Source: Candidatus Babeliales bacterium
GTDB lineage: Bacteria; Babelota; Babeliae; Babelales; JBFXEV01
Reading direction: 5' to 3'
NCBI GenBank assembly: GCA_050179755.1
Contig: JBFXEV010000001.1
Coordinates: 1,001,994-1,065,993, forward strand
DNA: 64,000 nucleotides
Shown here: positions 1 through 9,419 of the stretch, one piece after another
Layout: every line of letters starts with the position of its first letter
How positions within the stretch are numbered: position 1 is the stretch's first letter
Notes under the pieces: model-generated
Seen by the model: the letters and a program-made list of their open reading frames with translations, nothing else
Databases searched by the model: none
Told to the model about the DNA's origin: nothing
Program-made: the position numbers and the translations under genes

Positions 1-908
1 AACTGCCTGATCATCTTGAAATTGTACATGATGCAAAAGATCGCAGATTTTACGCTGTTGAGCGTTATGCAGAAGTTGCAGGGCGTGACGTGCGCAATGC
101 ATTTGCAGCTCCTGGTGGCAAATCTGGTACTGACATTGTGGTGAACTTTGAATTAAAGCCAGAAGGCGGCGAACGTTTTTATGAATTAACGCGTAAAAAT
201 GTTGGCAAAAAATTGGCAATTATTGTTGATAACTCAGTGCTTTCAGCGCCGAATATTTCACTGGGCATTCGCGATCAAGGATATATTACCGGTGGGTTTA
301 GCCTTGATTCTGCAAAAGAGCTTGCAACCATGATTAAATCGGGTTCCTTTGTGGCGCCCGTTACGTTTGAAGAAGAGCGCCAAGTAGGGCCGTCACTTGG
401 TCAAGAATCAATCCGTAAAGGCTTGCTTGCATGTGGGCTTGCATTGGCGTTGCTTGCTATATTTGGCGTGCTAATTTATAAAATGGCTGGTTTCTTTGCT
501 GTGCTTGCATTGGCATTTAACTTACTTTTAATGCTTGCAATACTTTCATGGCTTGGTGCAACACTTTCATTGCCTGGGATTGCTGGTATGGTGCTTACTA
601 TTGGCATGGCAATTGATGCTTCTATCTTGATTTATGAAGGTATTAAAGAAGATTTGGCTGCAGGAGTTACGCCACGAAAAGCTGTAGAAAAAGGCTTTAG
701 TGATGCTATGGTGGTTATTTTAGATTCTAATATTACCACGTTCTTAATGGGTATCGTTCTTTACAAATTTGGATCAGGCCCTATACAAGGATTTGCAGTA
801 ACTATGATGGTAGGTATTATTTCTACCCTTCTTACTGGATTGTTCTTTTTGAGAGCTACACTTAATTATTATTTAATTAATTTAGGTGTTCAAAAGCTTA
901 GTATTTAG
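1..908 (+). CDS. secD: Protein translocase subunit SecD (5' partial; frame continues upstream of the window)
   Basis: SecD motifs LAIIVDNSVLSAPNI, VGPSLGQESI, LSLPGIAGMVLTIGMAIDASILIYE, GPIQGFAVT. Confidence 0.95.
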   Translation, partial: LPDHLEIVHDAKDRRFYAVERYAEVAGRDVRNAFAAPGGKSGTDIVVNFELKPEGGERFYELTRKNVGKKLAIIVDNSVLSAPNISLGIRDQGYITGGFSLDSAKELATMIKSGSFVAPVTFEEERQVGPSLGQESIRKGLLACGLALALLAIFGVLIYKMAGFFAVLALAFNLLLMLAILSWLGATLSLPGIAGMVLTIGMAIDASILIYEGIKEDLAAGVTPRKAVEKGFSDAMVVILDSNITTFLMGIVLYKFGSGPIQGFAVTMMVGIISTLLTGLFFLRATLNYYLINLGVQKLSI

Positions 909-989
909 GTATACTAATAATATCTGTCTGAAGGCCTTTTAGACTATAGAAAGTTGCCTGGCCTTTTCAGATAATAACTTTGAATAAAC

Positions 990-1066
990 GGCGACGTAGC
1001 TCAGTTGGTTAGAGCGGCGGAATCATAATCCGAAGGTCAGAGGTTCGAATCCCCTCGTCGCTACCA
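990..1066 (+). tRNA. tRNA-Met (CAT), probably elongator
   Basis: Cloverleaf: acceptor GGCGACG/CGTCGCT, anticodon loop ATCATAA, GTTCGAAT T-loop, encoded CCA. Confidence 0.93.
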
Positions 1067-1069
1067 TCA

Positions 1070-1170
1070 GCCTTCGCGCAGAGCGCTACGGCGTGATGCG
1101 CCAAATGAGGCTTTAGCCGAATTTGAAGGCGTGATGCTACGCCATAGCTCCGTAGGAGCGAAGGCGAGCT
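1070..1170. repeat. REP-like inverted doublet (family 1) directly after tRNA-Met
   Basis: GCCTTCGCGCAGAGCGCTACGGCG ... CGCCATAGCTCCGTAGGAGCGAAGGCG; near-identical copy at 32017-32120. Confidence 0.85.
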
Positions 1171-1195
1171 GGCCCAGCTTCTTTAATGGACTTTC

Positions 1196-1801
1196 ATGCA
1201 AAAAAATACTATCCTCTCTCTCCCTCTCACACTCACTGGCATCCGCCTTATCATAGCACCCTTACTTTTACCATTTTTAGTAGTATATCTTTTGCCGCTT
1301 AATCTACTGTGGCTTAATTGCCTTATTGGCGTGTTATTTTTTGCGTTTGGGCTGACCGATTTTTTTGATGGGTATTATGCGCGTAAAAATAATCAAGTTA
1401 CTTTACTTGGCGCGTTGCTTGACCCTATAGCAGATAAGTTTTTGAATCTATCAACATTGCTTGGTTTATTGGTGGTGCATAAAATTTCATTCTTTTGGGT
1501 AATGCTTTTTATTGCACGGGAGTTGTTTGTAATGAGCTTGCGGCTTATTGCAGCAGAACATGGCAAGAGTATTTCGGTATCTTGGCATGGTAAATTAAAA
1601 ACAACCGCGCAATTTGTGTATATTACGGTAGCAATCTGCAATCCACTGGCAAGTTCTTATACTACATTTACCCGCATTGAAGAGATTTTATTATGTATCG
1701 CAGTAGTTTCTACGTTGCTCTCAGCATATGCGTATTATCGCTCATTTATTGCGATATTCCCCGATATACTGTATCGAAAGTCGCACGACACCACTTTGTA
1801 A
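1196..1801 (+). CDS. pgsA: CDP-diacylglycerol--glycerol-3-phosphate 3-phosphatidyltransferase
   Basis: CDP-alcohol phosphotransferase motif TDFFDGYYARKNNQVTLLGALLDPIADK; GKLKT. Confidence 0.92.
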   Translation: MQKNTILSLPLTLTGIRLIIAPLLLPFLVVYLLPLNLLWLNCLIGVLFFAFGLTDFFDGYYARKNNQVTLLGALLDPIADKFLNLSTLLGLLVVHKISFFWVMLFIARELFVMSLRLIAAEHGKSISVSWHGKLKTTAQFVYITVAICNPLASSYTTFTRIEEILLCIAVVSTLLSAYAYYRSFIAIFPDILYRKSHDTTL

Positions 1802-1812
1802 AGGTTAAGAGT

Positions 1813-3585
1813 ATGAATTTTAGTACCGTTGCCTATTATTTTGATGCAATAAATAACACCAGTTCGCGTACTGAGATCACGCAGCTTCTTGCCACACTTT
1901 TTAAAGCAGCAAATGCGCAAGAAATTGAAATTATTTGTAACGCATCATTAGGGCTTTTACGTCCGCCATATCGTGGCACGCAATTTAACGTGGCTGAAAA
2001 AAGCATGATCGGTATTGTGGCGCAATTGCTTGGCATTTCACCAGAAGAGGTGAAGACTCGCGCGAATGACCTTGGGGATCTTGGCTCAGTAGTTGCCCAA
2101 GGGTATGCTGCGCAAACGGCATCTGAACTTTCAGTAGTAGATGTGTATGCTGCGTTGAGCGAAATTGAAGATATCTCAGGCAGTGGTAGTACTGAACTTA
2201 AAGCGCACAAAATAGTGAGTTTGTTGCAGCAACTTTCGCCAGCAAGTGGTCAATACGTTGTACGTATCATTTTAGGCACCTTGCGCCTTGGTTTTTCTGA
2301 TATGACTATTGTGGATGCACTTTCTTGGATGCTTGTGGAAAGTAAAGCGTTAAGAGCGCGTATTGAACACGCGTATAATTTGTGCGCTGATATTGGCTTT
2401 ATTGCACGAGAGCTTAAAAGCGGCGGCATAGAAGCACTTGATAAATTATCTATAAAAATTGGTATACCCATTCGGCCTGCAGCAGCAGAGCGTTTGCCTA
2501 ATGCTCAAGCAATTATTGATAAAATTGGTGATTGCGTGGCGCAACCTAAACTTGATGGCTTTCGTTTGCAAATTCATATGGATGCAACACATTCTGAGCA
2601 GCCCGAGATTCATTTTTTTTCGCGCAATTTGCTTGATATGTCAGCTATGTTTCCTGATTTAGTAGAGGCACTTAAAAAGTTACCGGTCAAACAACTCATT
2701 TGTGAAGGTGAAGCAATAGTTTTTGATCCAAATACGGGTCACTTTTTACCGTTTCAAGAAACAGTCAAACGCAAACGCAAACATGGTATTGACCAGGCAA
2801 TCTCTGAATTTCCCTTGCAATTTTATGTGTTTGATTTGTTGTATGCCGATGGCAAAGAGTATTTATCAGTAGGTCATGAAGAGCGTAGAAAAGCATTACT
2901 TGCATTATTTGCGCAGTCAAAAACTGCTACTATTCAGGTAATTGCAGAGCGGCACGTGCATACGGCAGCTGAGCTAGAAGAATATTTTTTTGAAAACATT
3001 AACGCAGGGCTTGAAGGCCTGGTGGTCAAGAAACCAAATTCAATCTATGAACCTGGTAAACGTAATTTTAATTGGATCAAATTAAAACGCCATGAAGAAG
3101 GCCATTTAGAAGATACCATCGATTGTGTGATATTGGGTTATTATGCTGGTGCTGGCAAACGATCTCAATTTGGCATTGGTGCATTTTTGGTTGGCATATT
3201 TAACCCGCACGAAGATTGTTTTCAAACCATTGCAAAGATTGGCACGGGTCTTAAAGATGCCGAGTGGATAGATCTAAAAAAACAATGTGATGCACATGCG
3301 GTGCATGAAAAGCCGCGTAACGTGGTGTGCGCTCCAGCATTATACCCCGACGTGTGGACTGCCCCTGAAATTGTGTGCAGCATTCTTGCTGATGAAATTA
3401 CGCGATCGCCGCTCCATACTGCTGGTAAAACTACTGAGCAACTGGGGTATGCATTGCGTTTCCCGCGTATACTTGGCTATCGAGAAGATAAGTCTGCGCA
3501 TGAGGTGACTACCGTGCATGAGATTAAGCGGCTTTATGAAGATCAGTTTGTTCCTTCGATACATTCTTCTGCGCCGAAGGCTTGA
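1813..3585 (+). CDS. ATP-dependent DNA ligase (DNA-binding + adenylation + OB domains; LigB/archaeal-like)
   Basis: KxDG (QPKLDGFR), EGLVVK, YEPGKRNFNWIKLK, ALRFPR; start placed at ATG 1813 (MNFSTV) to avoid overlap with pgsA. Confidence 0.93.
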   Translation: MNFSTVAYYFDAINNTSSRTEITQLLATLFKAANAQEIEIICNASLGLLRPPYRGTQFNVAEKSMIGIVAQLLGISPEEVKTRANDLGDLGSVVAQGYAAQTASELSVVDVYAALSEIEDISGSGSTELKAHKIVSLLQQLSPASGQYVVRIILGTLRLGFSDMTIVDALSWMLVESKALRARIEHAYNLCADIGFIARELKSGGIEALDKLSIKIGIPIRPAAAERLPNAQAIIDKIGDCVAQPKLDGFRLQIHMDATHSEQPEIHFFSRNLLDMSAMFPDLVEALKKLPVKQLICEGEAIVFDPNTGHFLPFQETVKRKRKHGIDQAISEFPLQFYVFDLLYADGKEYLSVGHEERRKALLALFAQSKTATIQVIAERHVHTAAELEEYFFENINAGLEGLVVKKPNSIYEPGKRNFNWIKLKRHEEGHLEDTIDCVILGYYAGAGKRSQFGIGAFLVGIFNPHEDCFQTIAKIGTGLKDAEWIDLKKQCDAHAVHEKPRNVVCAPALYPDVWTAPEIVCSILADEITRSPLHTAGKTTEQLGYALRFPRILGYREDKSAHEVTTVHEIKRLYEDQFVPSIHSSAPKA

Positions 3586-3605
3586 AGAACACTCAGGATG
3601 AGCGG
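3581..3605 (-). repeat. REP-like palindrome (family 2) between convergent genes
   Basis: Reverse complement CCGCTCATCCTGAGTGTT resembles 41995-42037 and 63000-63024. Confidence 0.5.
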
Positions 3606-3613
3606 TAAAAGCG

Positions 3614-4231
3614 CTACATCTTTTCTTTGAGTAACCGCGCAACTTCTTGCGGATTATCAGCCTGCGTAATCGCACGCCCCACAAATACGCCATTAGGCTG
3701 TATTTCGCGAATATTGTCTATATTTTCAAGTGAAATTTTTCCTGTTAAATATATAGGTAGTGGCGTGTTGCCACGAATCATGGTCCATTGATCTTTAAAT
3801 AATAATTGTTCATTGGCGTCATACATGGTGCGTAATAAAAGACCATCAGCCCCCATGCTTTGAGCTTCAAGCGCAATTTGACCATACGCGCTTGCATTAC
3901 TTACATCAAGTAACACTCGCTTATTCATAGTATGCGCTTGCGTGCAAGCTGCATGTATTACTTCTTTGCGTGTGCCGCCCATCACGGTGATAGAATCAGC
4001 GCCAGCTTGAGCAAATAGCGCAACTGTTTCTTTGCCATGCACCACTAATTTTGCGTCAACATTGATTATTTTATTTTTGAATTGTGTTCTAAATTGTTCG
4101 ATTGCCTGTACGCCATATTTATAGAGTAAGAGTGACCCTACATCAAAGCCGGTTGCATAGGGCTCCACCCGCTCAGCTATCGCAAGTGCTTGATCGAGAT
4201 CGGGAAAATCAAATGAAATATACAGTTCCAT
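3614..4231 (-). CDS. OMP decarboxylase / 3-hexulose-6-phosphate synthase family TIM-barrel protein
   Basis: LYISFDF, VGSLLLYKYG, DAK, AGADSITV, VGRAITQADNP. Confidence 0.8.
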   Translation of the reverse strand: MELYISFDFPDLDQALAIAERVEPYATGFDVGSLLLYKYGVQAIEQFRTQFKNKIINVDAKLVVHGKETVALFAQAGADSITVMGGTRKEVIHAACTQAHTMNKRVLLDVSNASAYGQIALEAQSMGADGLLLRTMYDANEQLLFKDQWTMIRGNTPLPIYLTGKISLENIDNIREIQPNGVFVGRAITQADNPQEVARLLKEKM

Positions 4232-4285
4232 ACGGTTCCTTTTTACGATGTTTGGTCTGGCTTTTTTTAGTATACCAGTCTCATG

Positions 4286-4993
4286 TTAGGGCACAAGTTG
4301 CTGCGCATAATCAACATCACTTTGCTTGCTAAAGTTAAAAATAACTGGGCCAAAGAAATGGCGAATTTTTAATGAACGTAAAGCTTCAACAGTAACATTA
4401 AGTTCTTGAGTAGCATAGAGATCGGGTAGCATGAGCATAGGGCTATCATCAGTTTCTGTTATACCTAGGGGTACTTTAATGGTATCAGGTTTGGCAAATA
4501 AAATGATAGTATCAAGTGAAATTCTTTTATTGTTAGGCACATCGGTTTTTTGTACGTCCCAATAAAATATTTTTGTTGAGGGCGCTTGCTTGCGGGTGAT
4601 GGTATACATTTCTGCTGGCAAGGAGTTTAAAAGCTCCAGATGATGTACGGTGGCGCCAATCATCATTATCGGCTCTATCATGGGCGTAATTACTAATTTA
4701 ACTTCAGGGGGTTGATGTAAACGGGGAAACGTGATTTGTCCTGCAAAGTCAGAAACGGTTACATATCCCATATAACTTGCAATAACCCCTTGATAGTGGC
4801 CAACTTCAACCAGCCGCTTGAGTATGAGCTCTGCCAATCTTCCGGTGTTTTGAAGTGCATCAAGAAAGTCTGTTTGACTCATTGCAGGTGGCGTATGATA
4901 GGGGCGTATAAAAAAAGTTATAATGTTTTCACTCTTTGCCAATGTTGCAACTATGAGCATGATAAGTACTAGGCAGCGTGTGGTGCGTATCAT
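4286..4993 (-). CDS. Hypothetical exported protein
   Basis: 235-aa ORF with N-terminal signal peptide; no family recognised. Confidence 0.7.
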   Translation of the reverse strand: MIRTTRCLVLIMLIVATLAKSENIITFFIRPYHTPPAMSQTDFLDALQNTGRLAELILKRLVEVGHYQGVIASYMGYVTVSDFAGQITFPRLHQPPEVKLVITPMIEPIMMIGATVHHLELLNSLPAEMYTITRKQAPSTKIFYWDVQKTDVPNNKRISLDTIILFAKPDTIKVPLGITETDDSPMLMLPDLYATQELNVTVEALRSLKIRHFFGPVIFNFSKQSDVDYAQQLVP

Positions 4994-5102
4994 AATGTCC
5001 TCATTATTTTAGAGCATGTTTATTTTAAAAAAAGCTACTTTATGCTATTTTAACTATAACAACGACGTTATATCAAAATCCATAGTTGAGGAGCTTTATT
5101 AC

Positions 5103-5783
5103 GTGGATCTTAGTCAACAAGACTCAAATGCGCGGGCAGCCGTTGCAAAACTTTCAAGAACCTATGCATTGAATGATCATCAGTTAGATCAATTTGCAAA
5201 ATATCTGTCTATGCTCCAAGAATGGAACAAGATGATGAATTTAACGGCAATTACCGATACGCAGGGTATAGTATCGCTTCATTTTGACGATTCGTTGCAG
5301 CTATCTAAAGCCATGGATTTATCGCACGTAAAAATGCTTGCAGACGTGGGCACTGGCGCCGGCTTTCCTGGCCTTGCGCTTAAAATTATGTTTCCAGCGC
5401 TTCCGGTGCTTTTAATTGAAGTGGTACAGAAAAAAATTGAGTTTTTACAAGCAGTCGTCTCTGCGTGCGGTCTTGAAGGTGTGGAAATTTCTGGCCTTGA
5501 TTGGCGTAATTTCTTACGTTATCCTGACTATGAAATAGATCTTTTTGTCAGCAGAGCTGCATTGCCTACTGAAGAACTTATTAGGTTGTTTAGACCTTCA
5601 TGCTCATACAAAAATGCGCAACTTGTCTATTGGGCTTCTAAAAATTGGCAAGCAAGTTCACCAGAAGAAATCGATCTTAAAGTAAAAGAATTTAATTACA
5701 CGGTTGATGGCAAATCGCGCAAATTGGTTTTTTTTAAGCGCCAGGATTCATCTAAGGATAACTATTCTTTAAGTAGCAAATAA
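5103..5783 (+). CDS. rsmG: 16S rRNA m7G527 methyltransferase
   Basis: WNKMMNLTAI, HFDDSL, DVGTGAGFPG, SRA; GTG start at 5103 with upstream GAGGAG. Confidence 0.93.
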   Translation: MDLSQQDSNARAAVAKLSRTYALNDHQLDQFAKYLSMLQEWNKMMNLTAITDTQGIVSLHFDDSLQLSKAMDLSHVKMLADVGTGAGFPGLALKIMFPALPVLLIEVVQKKIEFLQAVVSACGLEGVEISGLDWRNFLRYPDYEIDLFVSRAALPTEELIRLFRPSCSYKNAQLVYWASKNWQASSPEEIDLKVKEFNYTVDGKSRKLVFFKRQDSSKDNYSLSSK

Positions 5784-5811
5784 ATAATTTTCACTTACTA
5801 AAAGGGTCTCT

Positions 5812-6597
5812 ATGAAAAAGTTGTCACTCTCATTGTTATTAGCATGCATAGGATTTTGCAATGCAATGGAGCCTGTACCAAGTAAGGAGAAATCAAGAAC
5901 AGTAGCGCCAGCAAGACAAAGAAGATGTTGTTGCATATCAGTGGAATCTGCTGTTGAGCCTGGTTCGCATGAAGAAAAAACGCTAACGCTTTCTGATAAG
6001 CCGTTCGAATTTTCAATTGGGGAAGATCAAGTTAATGAACTTATGGAACCACTTTCTCAGCAAAAAATGGCACGTGTTTATGCTGTAAATGCCAATAAAA
6101 TAACCAGATCACGCAGCTTAACGTCGGAACGAATGCAGCAATTGGTTACCAAGGTGCTGCGTGAGGAAGCCACAAAAGACATGTTTCATGCGGTCGTGAA
6201 CAATCATCCAGGCCTTGTTGCAGCATCTATTGGTGATGGTGCATACGTGAATGCCACTATTAATAATAAATGGACGGCGCTTCATTTTGCAGCACGTGAT
6301 AGAAATGTAGAGGTTGCTAAAATACTTTTGGCCGTGCGTGGCATTAATACAGCGCTTGTTAATGGTAGTGGCGATACTGCAGAGCAAGTAGTGCTGCAGC
6401 GTAGATCTGGCGCAACGCCTGAGCATCAAGCATTATGTGATAAAATTTTGGAATTACTCGGTTTGCATAAAAGAGGCAAGTATCCCTATAGCTTAAAAAA
6501 TGGCAACTTGATTCCAAAGGAAACAGTTGCTCAAGCAGTTGAGCAACCTCGCACTGTTTCATTTGCACCTACTATGGAGCCTGTGGTGTTTCAGTAA
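5812..6597 (+). CDS. Secreted ankyrin-repeat protein
   Basis: Signal peptide ending CNA-MEP; ankyrin motif WTALHFAA...VAKILL. Confidence 0.8.
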   Translation: MKKLSLSLLLACIGFCNAMEPVPSKEKSRTVAPARQRRCCCISVESAVEPGSHEEKTLTLSDKPFEFSIGEDQVNELMEPLSQQKMARVYAVNANKITRSRSLTSERMQQLVTKVLREEATKDMFHAVVNNHPGLVAASIGDGAYVNATINNKWTALHFAARDRNVEVAKILLAVRGINTALVNGSGDTAEQVVLQRRSGATPEHQALCDKILELLGLHKRGKYPYSLKNGNLIPKETVAQAVEQPRTVSFAPTMEPVVFQ

Positions 6598-6675
6598 GCA
6601 AAGAGTGTTTAAGAATATATGGCTAGATTATGATTATGATAACGATAGTTTTTAAGTAAGGAACAGGAAATTATC

Positions 6676-7071
6676 ATGAAAGATAAAGATACAACATTTC
6701 AAACACTCAAAGATACGTTAGCTCCTTTGTTTAAAGAGCGTGAGTGGGGCCAATTCCATACGCCAAAAAATCTGAGCATGAACTTAGTAGCAGAGGCTGC
6801 TGAACTTATGGAATTATTTTTGTGGTCAAACACACGAGAGCAGGTAGACGTAGAGCTTAAAGAAAATCGGCAAGAAGTAGAAGATGAACTTGCCGATGTT
6901 GTTATTGCTGCAATTACGTTTGCAATAGCAACTGATATAGATATTGCAAAAGCTATTGAACATAAAATTGAAATTTTTAAAAAAAAATATCCGGTTGAAC
7001 TGGCCAAAGGTACGAGTACTAAATATACAAAGTTGCATAAAAAAATAGTTAGATTAGAGTTTTGCCCTTAA
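6676..7071 (+). CDS. MazG-like nucleotide pyrophosphohydrolase (dCTP pyrophosphatase type)
   Basis: EREWGQFHTPKNL, EAAELMELFLW, DELADV, KYPV. Confidence 0.9.
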   Translation: MKDKDTTFQTLKDTLAPLFKEREWGQFHTPKNLSMNLVAEAAELMELFLWSNTREQVDVELKENRQEVEDELADVVIAAITFAIATDIDIAKAIEHKIEIFKKKYPVELAKGTSTKYTKLHKKIVRLEFCP

Positions 7072-7455
7072 TCCTATACGTTTAGCTATTGCTTGTAGTT
7101 GTTCTGGGTGATCTTTAAAGAGAGCCATGAGCACGGTACCTCGGCGCGCATTCAGAAAATACATGGTCTGCATATGTGCTGCATCACTCGGTGTTACTAC
7201 ATTTGAACTTTGTCTTGCACCAATATAATTCTTATTATAGGTTTCAATACTTTTATCTACAATTTTCGCAATTTCGAGCGCTGGCAGTTCTTTTTCAGCC
7301 AATTGCTCAATTATCTTTGTTGTTTTTACAAAGATAGGTTGAGACTTTAAGCGATCTTGCAATACAGCTGCAGTAGGCATTTTGATTTTGACCATAGCAA
7401 TGCATTGCGTGCCAAATGTTATGAGGGTAATTAAAAGAACATATTTTGAATTCAT
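7054..7455 (-). CDS. Hypothetical secreted protein
   Basis: Signal peptide ending CIA-MVK; AAAGGA upstream of start. Confidence 0.7.
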   Translation of the reverse strand: MNSKYVLLITLITFGTQCIAMVKIKMPTAAVLQDRLKSQPIFVKTTKIIEQLAEKELPALEIAKIVDKSIETYNKNYIGARQSSNVVTPSDAAHMQTMYFLNARRGTVLMALFKDHPEQLQAIAKRIGLRAKL

Positions 7456-7620
7456 ACGTTTTTCCTTTTAAAATGTTATTCAGATGCTCAATATTCATTT
7501 TAATAATAGCAATATTTCTTTGAGAACAAAATACTTTCTCTCATAATCTACCCCATTTACTTTTATGTCATATCTTATACCTTAATGTCAGAGTTGGACA
7601 CTGAATATGAAAGGCATCCA

Positions 7621-9099
7621 ATGGCACAACAAGATTTAAATAAAGAAACAACAGTTGTTAAAGAAAAACCTGTCATAAAAATAATGCCGGCAGTCACCGA
7701 TCAAAAACCCATACTTGCAAGCTATATTGCGGGTATTAAAGATACTGAGAATGGAGAGAGTATCTCTAAAATACTAAGTTATTTTGTGCCTGAATTTATT
7801 ACGGCATTAGTATTATATTCATTAACCTATTTTTATGATTCATGGTTAATTGCTCATTTAAAATCAACATCGTTATCCGGAACTGCAGGTACCACCAATA
7901 CCTTATTGCACGTGTTAACAAAAATGGCTGAAGGATTCACTGTTTCCACCATGATCCTTGCAGGCCTGTATAACGGCCGTAAAGAAGATAAACGTATTGG
8001 TAGAGCGCTTGTTGATGCCTTTTGGGTAACAACACTAGCAGGAACTTTGGTCGCATGTATGCTTTTTTTTGGCGCCTATTGGATTTATTATTTTCTGCGC
8101 GTACCAGAAAAAATGATTAGCCTAGGTACTCCCTATTTGCGCACGCGCGCAGTAGCAATTCTTTTTATGTACGTATACTTTGCATTAATTGGTTTCTTGC
8201 GCGGTATCAAAAATACGCGTGCTCCTATGATGATATTTATTCTTGGCGCATCAGTATTTATGTTTTTTGATTATGCACTTATTTTTGGTGCATTTGGATT
8301 GCCAGCACTTGAATTACAAGGCTCTGCGGTGGCTTCATTGATACAATTTGGCGTAATGCTTGTTGCAGCCTTTATATATATTTTTACTCATAAAGAATAT
8401 CAAAAATATGGCCTAAGTTTATTTAGCGATATTGGTGACTGGTCGCGCATTAAAGATTTATTGCGCCTCACTTGGCCTGTTATGCTTGATAAGGTCACGT
8501 TTGCCATGGGCTATTTATGGCTTGCTGGCATGATAAACCCAATGGGTAAATACGTGATTGCAAGTTTTTCAGCCATTAAAGATTTAGAACGTTTGGCCAT
8601 TATGCCTGCAGCTGCCTTTGCGCAGGTGATTACCTTTTTGGTCAGTAACAGTTATGGTATTGGTGATTGGCAGGCAATTAAGAGCAACTTAAAGAAGGTT
8701 GTCTTTTTGGCATCTATTTTTGTGTTTGCTATTCTGTTTATCTTTTCTATGTGGCCAGCCTTCTTTATTGGCATTTTTGACCATAAAGGTAAATATACCG
8801 AATTTGCGGCAGCTATTTTGCCCCTTGTGAGTGTACTTGTTTTCTTTGATTTGCTACAATTGATATTTGCAGGCGCTTTACGTGGTGCCGCCAATGTTAA
8901 GCTGGTCATGTACGCACGTTTGGGCGTTATGTTTCTGTTTTTTATACCAACCACATTGTTTATTGATTGGTTGGCGCTTGATAATGTCAAGTTATCGTTT
9001 CTTTTGATGTATGGGTCATTTTATGTAGGCAACGGCTTGATAAGCCTGGTATACATGTGGCGATTCCGTGGCCAGAGATGGACTACGAAGTCTGTTTGA
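7621..9099 (+). CDS. MATE family efflux transporter
   Basis: About 12 hydrophobic segments; GFLRGIKNTRAPM, PALELQGSAVAS, GALRGAAN. Confidence 0.88.
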   Translation: MAQQDLNKETTVVKEKPVIKIMPAVTDQKPILASYIAGIKDTENGESISKILSYFVPEFITALVLYSLTYFYDSWLIAHLKSTSLSGTAGTTNTLLHVLTKMAEGFTVSTMILAGLYNGRKEDKRIGRALVDAFWVTTLAGTLVACMLFFGAYWIYYFLRVPEKMISLGTPYLRTRAVAILFMYVYFALIGFLRGIKNTRAPMMIFILGASVFMFFDYALIFGAFGLPALELQGSAVASLIQFGVMLVAAFIYIFTHKEYQKYGLSLFSDIGDWSRIKDLLRLTWPVMLDKVTFAMGYLWLAGMINPMGKYVIASFSAIKDLERLAIMPAAAFAQVITFLVSNSYGIGDWQAIKSNLKKVVFLASIFVFAILFIFSMWPAFFIGIFDHKGKYTEFAAAILPLVSVLVFFDLLQLIFAGALRGAANVKLVMYARLGVMFLFFIPTTLFIDWLALDNVKLSFLLMYGSFYVGNGLISLVYMWRFRGQRWTTKSV

Positions 9100-9120
9100 A
9101 TTACGCCGCGAAAGGGTTTT

Positions 9121-9408
9121 ATGTCAATTTTAAGTAAAGAAGAATTAAAAAAATTAGCGCAGATAAGTAGCTTGCAAATTAAAGATGAAGAGCTTTCTTC
9201 TTTCTCTGAGCAAATAAATGGCGTGCTAGCCTATGCAGCTCGTGTTGCAGATATTGCAAAAGATGTCTCTATTGCCTCAAATAAACGTGTAAATGTATTC
9301 CGTGAAGATGTGGTGGTGGAAACAGATAAAGAAGAAGTGCTGAGAGGAGCACCTGAGCGCGAGCAAGATTACTTTGTGGTGCCAGTCATTATTCAAAGCA
9401 ATAAATAG
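9121..9408 (+). CDS. gatC: Asp/Glu-tRNA amidotransferase subunit C
   Basis: NVFREDVV, APEREQDYFVVP; directly upstream of gatA. Confidence 0.92.
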   Translation: MSILSKEELKKLAQISSLQIKDEELSSFSEQINGVLAYAARVADIAKDVSIASNKRVNVFREDVVVETDKEEVLRGAPEREQDYFVVPVIIQSNK

Positions 9409-9419
9409 GATTATCGTTC

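Noticed and set aside
1693..1812. N-terminal extension of the DNA ligase in the ORF track
   Set aside because: Overlaps pgsA; ligase-like sequence begins at MNFS (1813).
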